DNA from: Candidatus Falkowbacteria bacterium
GTDB taxonomy: Bacteria > Patescibacteriota > Patescibacteriia > Patescibacteriales > SZUA-104
Direction of reading: 5' to 3'
Assembly: GCA_027020105.1 (NCBI GenBank)
Contig: JALUVW010000077.1
Span: 1-36,542, forward strand
Length of the DNA: 36,542 nucleotides
Positions 27,941 to 34,986 of the stretch are shown one piece after another. The notes beneath the pieces were generated by a model. It was not told the origin of the DNA and did no database searches. It saw only the letters and a list, made by a program, of their open reading frames with translations. A program made the translations under genes and the position numbers. How positions within the stretch are numbered: the stretch's first letter is position 1; the number at the start of each line of letters is the position of its first letter.

Positions 27941-28115
27941 TTGCATTATTTTTAGATTAGTGTATAATAAGGATTGAAATTCACAAAAAGGAGGTGATGC
28001 CTTTGAGGGCACGCATAGTCGATAATCATAATTAAAACACAATCGACAGGTCCCGGCCCTATCTTAATCTCTTGTGAATCCAATACCTGTTAAGAGATAA
28101 GATAGGGCCTTTTAA
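27941..28115 (+). ncRNA. Candidate small transcript (sRNA or micropeptide mRNA) with its own promoter and terminator
   Basis: TTGCAT-16 nt-TATAAT (27941-27968); AAGGAGGTGA (27988-27997); ORF (M)PLRARIVDNHN* 27997/28003-28035; long hairpin 28055-28109 followed by TTTT. Confidence 0.55.
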
Positions 28116-28261
28116 TTTTAAATCAACAACTCCGTATCGCGCCCGAGAACATGGCGCGGACCGTGATATTATCCGGCCAAGTCATTTTTCTCGACCAAAA
28201 ATCTTATATAAAAATATCGGAAATAACAAATATTCTAAAATTCTCAACTCTCAATTCCGGC

Positions 28262-28843
28262 TCATCGCTTGCCCAGCTCTTTCAGCGCCGCTTTTATTCT
28301 CTCGCCGCTGTCTTTTATTTTCGCGTCAACGGCGCGCAAAGCGTCCCGCGCCTGAGCCATTGAATATCCCAAAGCCATTAAAGCGTCAATCTCGTCTCCG
28401 CTGACATTTCCGCTTTCCGCCGTCCGCTTTCCGCCGTCCGCCGTCGCGCCGATTTTCTCCCTTAATTCAAGAACAACCCTTTCCGCCGTTTTCCTGCCTA
28501 TGCCCGACACCTTGGTGAGCAGAGCCGAGTCTCCGCGCGCGATTGAATCCTTGATATCGGCAACCGAGGCGATAGCCAAAACGCCCAAAGCCGACTTTGG
28601 CCCGATTCCGGAAATAGACAATAGCAGTTCAAACATCTCCAAATCTTCCAGCGACTTAAACCCGTACAAATCCAAAGAATCCTCGCGCACGTATTGGTGC
28701 GTGTAAACTTCCACATCCTGATTAATATCAAAATCCGCGCACATCGCGGAATTAACAAAAACCCGATAACCGACATTATTCACTTCAACGATAACATACC
28801 CTTGGCCCTTATTTAATATTTTGCCGCGAAGGAATGAAATCAT
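28262..28843 (-). CDS. ruvA: Holliday junction branch migration protein RuvA
   Basis: MISFLRGKI, VGYRVFV, VREDSLDLYGF, ISGIGPKSAL, VSGIGRKTAERVVLELREK, DALMALGY. Confidence 0.96.
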   Translation of the reverse strand: MISFLRGKILNKGQGYVIVEVNNVGYRVFVNSAMCADFDINQDVEVYTHQYVREDSLDLYGFKSLEDLEMFELLLSISGIGPKSALGVLAIASVADIKDSIARGDSALLTKVSGIGRKTAERVVLELREKIGATADGGKRTAESGNVSGDEIDALMALGYSMAQARDALRAVDAKIKDSGERIKAALKELGKR

Positions 28844-28849
28844 AAATAA

Positions 28850-28965
28850 AATTCATAAATCCAAAGCTCAAATGACAAATCAAATCCAAATTATTAAATG
28901 ATTAAATTCAGGCATTCCGTCATTTGAGCTTGATTTGTCATTAAGATTTCGGCATTAAAATTTTT
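28850..28965. repeat. Family D heptamer inverted-repeat element
   Basis: aaatccaaagctcaaatgacaaatcaaatccaaat ... gtcatttgagcttgatttgtcattaagattt. Confidence 0.75.
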
Positions 28966-28994
28966 GATTAACTATATAAAAATTTCTGAAGTTT

Positions 28995-29101
28995 CCCCCG
29001 GCCCCTCCCCTCGCGAGAGGAGGGGCGGGGTTCGGGCGGCTTTAGCCGCGTACCGTTACGAAGCTAAAGCTTCACGAACCCTGGCCTAAAGGCCGGTAGA
29101 A
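28995..29101. repeat. Tandem GC-rich palindromes (gcccctcccctcgcgagaggaggggc plus a GCTAAAGC/GGCCTAAAGGCC REP-like element)
   Basis: The second part is homologous to 11475-11562. Confidence 0.72.
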
Positions 29102-29161
29102 ACCGCTTAAATATCTAATTAAATATCTAAAACTTGCTATTTTATTTAATCTGATAATCGC

Positions 29162-29310
29162 CAAATTCAAAATTACAAATTCCAAATAAATTCAAAGCGC
29201 TAAATTAAAAATTTAAAACAGTTTTGAATCCCCGATCAAGTTAAGGATAAGTTTTGAAAATTTAAATTTGTGATTTATTTGGAATTTGTGATTTTGAATT
29301 TGGAATTTAG
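29162..29310. repeat. Heptamer inverted-repeat element, family E (ACAAATT-CCAAATA)
   Basis: caaattcaaaattacaaattccaaataaattcaaa ... tttgtgatttatttggaatttgtgattttgaatttgg; interior ttttgaatccccgatcaagtt also appears at about 30800-30820. Confidence 0.85.
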
Positions 29311-29313
29311 TTA

Positions 29314-30747
29314 TTACATTTTTCTCCTAACAACGCTAAACTCCGGAATCTCAACATTACTCTCAATAACCACAACCTTCCCCTGTCCTCCGTGCGCTTC
29401 TTCCAGCTCTTCGCCCGTTTCCGCGTCAACCATGCTTTTCAGCTTCATCTTTATTATATCATATCCCGGCATAATAATCTCAATCCTGTCTCCAACCTTT
29501 AAAGTATTATGAATTTTAATATTAACGGAATGCTTTGTTTTTTTATTTTTGCCCGCCCCTCGGAGCCTTGGCGCGGCGGGGCGTTTTGCTGTTTTTTCGC
29601 CGATAACCGCCCCGCAAAACTCCCACTCCGGCGTTTTATGCGAATTGTCCAAGTTCTGCGCCATTTTTCCGTTCCCGAACATAAATCCCTCCGTATATCC
29701 CCGATGATATAATTTCTCATCCAATTCTTTGTGCAGAAAATCTATATCCCCCTCGTAGAGACGAGGCAGTGCCTCGTCTCGGCGGCGGCAAGACGAACAA
29801 CGGAGACGAGGCAGTGCCTCGTCTCTACAAACTGCGTCTATCGCTTTTCTGTAAGCCCCGACCACGCAAGCCAAATAATAAACGCTCTTGGCCCTGCCCT
29901 CAATTTTAAACGAAGAAATGCCGGCGTCAACCATTTCCGGAATTCTTTTTATCAAGCACAAATCATTGGAATTCAAGATATACGACCCATGCTCCTCCTC
30001 AACCAACTCCAACGCCTCATCTCTGCCTTCCGCTTTTATAAATATCTCTTGGCTGTAATTTTGAACATTTGGATTTTGAATTTTGAATTTATTTGGAATT
30101 TGTAATTTTGAATTTGTAATTTTCGCGTTATACTTCCACCTGCACGGCTGAACGCAGTCGCCTAGATTGGCGCTCCTTCCCGTAAACAATTTTGACAAAA
30201 AACATCGCCCGGAATAAGCCATGCACATCGCGCCATGAACAAACGCCTCTATTTCCAGTTTCGGGTTGCTTTTCTTGATTTCTTTAATTTCGCGAATCGT
30301 TGTTTCCCGCCCCAACACAATCCGTTTAAATCCCTGTTCAAACCAAAACTTAGCCGCCTCCTTATTCACGCAGTTCGCCTGCGTTGACAAATGCATTTTA
30401 GCGCTCGGCCAAACCTTTCTAATCGCCATCATAACGCCCGGATCCGAAACAATAAACCCGTCCGGCTTTGCTTTTTTCAGCTCTCTGACATACGCCGGCA
30501 ATTTTTTGAAGTGTTTGTTGTGGGCGAAAATATTTATTGTTACGTAAACCTTTTTATTGATATTGTGGGCGTATTCAATCGCCTTCTTCAAGCTTTTGAC
30601 ATCAAAATCATTTATCCTTACTCGCAGGGAAAAATCCGGAATGCCCGCGTACACCGCGTCCGCCCCGAACGCGAAAGCCGTTTTCATTTTTTCAAAATTT
30701 CCGGCCGGCGCTATTAATTCCGGTTTTTCGTTTTTTTTATTGTTCAT
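29314..30747 (-). CDS. U32-family Fe-S protein (TrhP/YegQ-like tRNA hydroxylation) carrying three repeat-derived insertions
   Basis: PELIAPAG, GADAVYAG, HLSTQAN, FVHGAMCMAYSGRCFLS, DCVQPCRW, FKIEGR. ATG at 30747 preferred because the track start lies in the MITE. Confidence 0.9.
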   Translation of the reverse strand: MNNKKNEKPELIAPAGNFEKMKTAFAFGADAVYAGIPDFSLRVRINDFDVKSLKKAIEYAHNINKKVYVTINIFAHNKHFKKLPAYVRELKKAKPDGFIVSDPGVMMAIRKVWPSAKMHLSTQANCVNKEAAKFWFEQGFKRIVLGRETTIREIKEIKKSNPKLEIEAFVHGAMCMAYSGRCFLSKLFTGRSANLGDCVQPCRWKYNAKITNSKLQIPNKFKIQNPNVQNYSQEIFIKAEGRDEALELVEEEHGSYILNSNDLCLIKRIPEMVDAGISSFKIEGRAKSVYYLACVVGAYRKAIDAVCRDEALPRLRCSSCRRRDEALPRLYEGDIDFLHKELDEKLYHRGYTEGFMFGNGKMAQNLDNSHKTPEWEFCGAVIGEKTAKRPAAPRLRGAGKNKKTKHSVNIKIHNTLKVGDRIEIIMPGYDIIKMKLKSMVDAETGEELEEAHGGQGKVVVIESNVEIPEFSVVRRKM

Positions 30748-30766
30748 AAAGAGATTATCGCCTAAT

Positions 30767-30918
30767 GGGGCTGTTGCCGAATGCCGTTGCGAGTAAAATT
30801 TTTGAATCCCCAATCAAGTTTTTAGGCGTGGAGACTAAGTCTCCAATTGGAGACTTAGTCTCTTTATATTTGCAAAAAGACTAAAATTTCAGCCGTGACG
30901 GTATTCGGCGACAGCCCC
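30767..30918. mobile_element. 152-bp MITE-like element with ~36-bp imperfect TIRs and a 5-bp flanking direct repeat
   Basis: Left ggggctgttgccgaatgccgttgcgagtaaaatttt; right (reverse complement) ggggctgtcgccgaataccgtcacggctgaaatttt; CTAAT at 30762-30766 and 30919-30923. Confidence 0.8.
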
Positions 30919-30970
30919 CTAATACCGAAGAACCCCGACGGAGCCGGAACTCCGTCGGCAACGGGAGCGA

Positions 30971-31540
30971 CTATTTTCTCAGTTTTATTTCATAATCAAT
31001 CTGCTCTATCTTTCTCAAGTTTGTTTTTGCCTGATCAAACTTCGTCCTTAAATAGCCGGTGATGTCAAACTCCGCCAATTCCGCCATTATTTCATTAATG
31101 GCTTTTTTGATTTTTTCAACTTCTTCCAAATTTCCCGCGGACGCCTGATTGACCGCCCGCCGCACAAGCTCGCCGGTTAAGTCGCAAATGCCGCCCAGCA
31201 AACTGTCAATATCCATTTTGGTTTTGCTGATTTTATCCACCTTCTTGCCGGTCATTACGCGATAAAACATTTTTGCCTCAACATACTCTTCCGCCGCCGC
31301 CTTGTACGCCCCCTCTTCGGACAAGCGGCTATGGCCGAATTTTTTCTCCAAATCCGCGAGCGCGCGCTCGGCGCCATCCAATAACTCGGACGCTTTTTTG
31401 ACGTCCGTTCTGTGCAAAGAAAAAATAACTCTTTTGGAGTCGTGCAAAATAATATTGGACGCGCCGATTATTTGTCTCCTCTCCTCCGTCCGCTTGTCAT
31501 ATTTTTTCTTTAAATTTTGAATGAATTTTTTGTTAATCAT
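30971..31540 (-). CDS. Translin/Trax-family protein
   Basis: RRQIIGASNIILHDSKRVIFSLHR, EEYVEA, LGGICDLTGELVRRAV, LRTKFD. Confidence 0.85.
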   Translation of the reverse strand: MINKKFIQNLKKKYDKRTEERRQIIGASNIILHDSKRVIFSLHRTDVKKASELLDGAERALADLEKKFGHSRLSEEGAYKAAAEEYVEAKMFYRVMTGKKVDKISKTKMDIDSLLGGICDLTGELVRRAVNQASAGNLEEVEKIKKAINEIMAELAEFDITGYLRTKFDQAKTNLRKIEQIDYEIKLRK

Positions 31541-31603
31541 AATTTAAAATATGATTTACGGCTCGCGACTTAATCAGGTTAATGCCGCAAGCTACAAGCT
31601 AAA

Positions 31604-33325
31604 TTACTTTTTCATCTCAGCCACTCTGAACACTTCTTCCACGCTGGTAATGCCGTCAACGGCCTTTAGAAGCCCGTCTTGCACCATGGTAATCATTCCG
31701 TTTTTGACGGCCGCTTCCGCCATATCATACTCGCTTAACTTTCCCGATAAAATTATCTCTTCAATATTTTTGTCAATCGTCATAATTTCATAAATGCCGA
31801 TTCGCCCCTTATAACCGATGCCTTGGCACACTTCGCATCCCGCGCCTTTGTAAAATTTCAAATTATCAAAATCAACGGATTTTTTTTCTTCTTCGGGCAA
31901 TTTTTCCAAAACCTCCTTGACGCGCGCCATCATTTCTTCGTCCAATTCCTCTTCACGCTTGCATTTTTCGCATAATCTCCTTACCAATCTCTGTCCGATA
32001 ATGGCGTTAAGCGCCGGCGCGAGCAAAAACGGCTTGGCGCCCATTGATAAAAATCTGGGCACGGTGCCGGCGGCGTTGTTGGTGTGAATGGTGGACAAAA
32101 CCAAATGCCCCGTAAGCGCGGCTTGAATGGAAATTTCGGCCGTTTCCAAATCCCTGATTTCGCCAACCATGACTATGTCGGGATCTTGGCGGACGATTGA
32201 GCGCAGTCCTTGGGCGAAAGTGTATTTCTCGCTGGTTTGCGACTGGTTTACTCCCTCCAATTGATATTCAATCGGATCCTCAATGGTGATAATCTTTGTC
32301 TCGGGGCTGTTCAATTTCTTTAAAATGGCGTAAAGAGTGGTGGTTTTGCCCGAGCCGGTCGGTCCGGTGGTGATAATCATTCCGTTGGGCCGCTCAACTT
32401 CTCTTTTCAGCTGTTCAAAGGCTTTGCTGCGGATGCCCAGCTCCTCAAACCCCAGGCCGACCGAACTGGAACGGAGCAATCTCATTACTATGCTTTCGCC
32501 GTAAGCCGTGGGCAAAAAAGACGCCCTGATGTCAATGCGGTCGTCTTTCATAAAGATGGACATACGGCCGTCCTGCGGCTTGTTGGAAATGTTTATTTTC
32601 ACCTTCGTTAAAATTTTAAACCGCAAAACTATCTTGCTCCACAATTCTTTTTTTATGGACGCCACGTCATGCAAAACGCCGTCTATCCTGAACCTTACTT
32701 TTATGTCTTTTTCTTCCACCTCAATATGGATATCCGACGCCCCGATCTTAATCGCGGCGGCCATAATCACGGTTACTATGTCGGTTACCTGCTCCGCGCT
32801 TTTAATCTGTTCTTGCACGTCCGCAAAGCTTGAAAATTTTTCGCTGTATTTGTTGAGATCCTCTTCGGCGATATTTATCCCTCTGATAATTTTTCTCGGT
32901 TTCGGCAGCGCCTTGTAAATATTCAAAGCGTGCTTTAAGCTGTTGTCGGAAATTAAATAAAGCGCGCCGCGCGAATGATATTTTTCTTGCAGCTCGTTTA
33001 ATAAATTACGCACGGCCGGATCGTCGTAGTTCACCGTCCCCAAACGAATGTCCTTGCCGTCATAAAAAAAACAAACGGTTGACAACTTAACGGCATCTTC
33101 CTCGCTTATCAGCGACAAAGCTTCGGGGCTGATGGAAAAATTGGTCAAGTTAATATAGGGCGCGCCCAGATCGGCCGCCTTCATTTCGGTCAAACGCTCT
33201 ATTTCCTTTATTTTTATCTCTTTCGTTTTATGGGCGAATTTAGCTTGAGCGCTATCATCGTCAGAGCCTGAACTTCCGGCCGTCCGGCCGATTAAATCTT
33301 CAATTGATTGCATACCTTGTGACAT
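31604..33325 (-). CDS. GspE/PilB-family pilus assembly ATPase
   Basis: ASDIHIE, RFRIDGVL, PQDGR, TGPTGSGKTTTLY, TIEDPIEY, RQDPDIVMVGEIRD, STIHTN, Zn-binding CxxC pairs. Confidence 0.95.
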   Translation of the reverse strand: MSQGMQSIEDLIGRTAGSSGSDDDSAQAKFAHKTKEIKIKEIERLTEMKAADLGAPYINLTNFSISPEALSLISEEDAVKLSTVCFFYDGKDIRLGTVNYDDPAVRNLLNELQEKYHSRGALYLISDNSLKHALNIYKALPKPRKIIRGINIAEEDLNKYSEKFSSFADVQEQIKSAEQVTDIVTVIMAAAIKIGASDIHIEVEEKDIKVRFRIDGVLHDVASIKKELWSKIVLRFKILTKVKINISNKPQDGRMSIFMKDDRIDIRASFLPTAYGESIVMRLLRSSSVGLGFEELGIRSKAFEQLKREVERPNGMIITTGPTGSGKTTTLYAILKKLNSPETKIITIEDPIEYQLEGVNQSQTSEKYTFAQGLRSIVRQDPDIVMVGEIRDLETAEISIQAALTGHLVLSTIHTNNAAGTVPRFLSMGAKPFLLAPALNAIIGQRLVRRLCEKCKREEELDEEMMARVKEVLEKLPEEEKKSVDFDNLKFYKGAGCEVCQGIGYKGRIGIYEIMTIDKNIEEIILSGKLSEYDMAEAAVKNGMITMVQDGLLKAVDGITSVEEVFRVAEMKK

Positions 33326-33462
33326 ACGCGTTTAAAATTCGTGATTCGCGATTAGAAATTAAAATCGCGTTTTATTTCAAAATTTCTAATTTTAAATTAT
33401 GAATTGCCGATAATTTAATTATATCAAACTGTCCGAAATATACAAACAAGGCCGTTTTACCC

Positions 33463-33495
33463 AAAACTGCCGCCAAATAACGTGTTTGGCGGCAG
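33463..33495 (-). terminator. Intrinsic terminator
   Basis: Minus strand ctgccgccaaa-cacgtta-tttggcggcag-tttt downstream of the membrane-protein gene. Confidence 0.7.
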
Positions 33496-33523
33496 CGGCG
33501 CGAATTCTAATTGTCGGGGGCGG

Positions 33524-34504
33524 CTATCCGGAAATAGCTCCTTTCACGTTATTCGCCATTCTGATTATTTTACTGGTTCCGCCCTTGCCGATTAACCGAA
33601 GGAACAAAGCCGTCCAAGACGATATTTGAAAAACGGAAAGCGCGGCTCCGCTCAACATAATGATTCCCAAGAGCAAAAGAAGGGCCAAGGCGACCATAAG
33701 CCAGAAACCGGCGATTACCGACACCTGATAAACGACCATAACCAAGAACATAAATGGTATGGTTAACGTCAAGACAACCAAGACCACCGCCAAGCCGACA
33801 AGAAGATTGATAAAAAACAGAATAACGGCCATTTCCAAGCTTATCAGCCAATTATCAATAAATAATCGCCATCCGTTTTTTACGGACTCAACAAAACCGT
33901 TTTTCTTGATTACCGTATAGGCCACGGCGTACTTGATAATAAAAGACAAGGACAGGGCGACAATAATGGAAACAATGAAAGCGATCGTAAATATAGGCCA
34001 AGGGACGCTCGCGACGGCCAATACTCCGACCATAATAAAAATCAAATAAACCAAAAATTTAACAATTAAATTCAAGCCGAGCACCGGCCAAAATTTTTCC
34101 GTTCCCACGGCTATTCCGGTCTTGAAATCGGCCTTTTTGTTGGTCAAGTGTTTGGCGGAATTATCCACCAATGCGGCCTGTGAAACAACGGACAGCCAAA
34201 TTAAAAAAGCGATAATGATTAAAATGGCCAAAAACACCATTGATAAAACCAATAAAGACAACGGGTCGTTTCTCATAATTTCTCCAATATTGACGAGCGT
34301 TTGGCCGCTGAAAACGCCTGTTTCGGCGATTTTGTTAATCCCGGGAAAAATTTGTTGTTCGGAATCGCCGGAAAATCCCCTGAACAACACATTGTATTCG
34401 CCGCCCGCCCCGACAAGAGCGGCAAAAAGGCCGAAAAACCATAAGTATTTATGGCGCCAAGTCGCCTTCCACGCTTGGCTTAAGATTGTTTTATACAAAG
34501 ACAT
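33524..34504 (-). CDS. Multi-pass membrane protein, function unknown
   Basis: About 6 hydrophobic segments; AWKATWRHKYLWFFGLFAAL; GGAGG SD precedes the ATG at 34504 (MSLYKTIL). Confidence 0.82.
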   Translation of the reverse strand: MSLYKTILSQAWKATWRHKYLWFFGLFAALVGAGGEYNVLFRGFSGDSEQQIFPGINKIAETGVFSGQTLVNIGEIMRNDPLSLLVLSMVFLAILIIIAFLIWLSVVSQAALVDNSAKHLTNKKADFKTGIAVGTEKFWPVLGLNLIVKFLVYLIFIMVGVLAVASVPWPIFTIAFIVSIIVALSLSFIIKYAVAYTVIKKNGFVESVKNGWRLFIDNWLISLEMAVILFFINLLVGLAVVLVVLTLTIPFMFLVMVVYQVSVIAGFWLMVALALLLLLGIIMLSGAALSVFQISSWTALFLRLIGKGGTSKIIRMANNVKGAISG

Positions 34505-34745
34505 AAATTTTCCTCCCTTAACGCAATTCATCATATTGCGCCAAAGATATTCTTTTTTAGAAAATAAATAATTTTAATATCGCTTTATTGTGTTTATTAT
34601 AGCACACCCAAAACCAAACATCAAATGCCGTTTTTCTGGCGCCATATTTGAATTGCCAATTCCTTAAAAACAAAAAAAGAGATCCGCGCGGGGCTGTCGC
34701 CAAGCCCATACATCTCTTAACCAACGATTTGACGAAAACCGTTTG

Positions 34746-34827
34746 TGCAGGTGGAGAGACTCGAACTCTCACGCCTCGCGGCACTTGGTCCTAAGCCAAG
34801 CGTGTATACCAATTTCACCACACCTGC
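34746..34827 (-). tRNA. tRNA-Leu(TAG), CCA not encoded
   Basis: GCAGGTG acceptor/CACCTGC-A; D-loop AATTGGTA; anticodon arm CTTGG-CTTAGGA-CCAAG; long variable arm; T arm GAGAG-TTCGAGT-CTCTC. Confidence 0.96.
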
Positions 34828-34986
34828 GCGTGTATTGCGTTTTTTATAAATCACAATTTTGAAATTTCTCGTAGAGCGACCGAGGCGCGGCAAATTTTCA
34901 CGGACGGCCGCGGCGCGCGGGCGGCGGCTAAGGCCGCCGGAACCCGAGCCGTAAATCCCGATGGAATGTTTGTTTCAAACGCAAAA

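Noticed and set aside
5277..29310. Repeats as a CRISPR array
   Set aside because: No regularly spaced identical direct repeats with unique spacers; the repeats are dispersed and inverted, and no cas genes are present.
30748..30813. N-terminal extension of the U32 ORF; similarly 10880-10906, 14476-14490 and 34505-34534
   Set aside because: Upstream alternative starts fall in repeats or before the better-supported ATG.
34557..34784. 75-aa ORF
   Set aside because: Overlaps tRNA-Leu; spurious.
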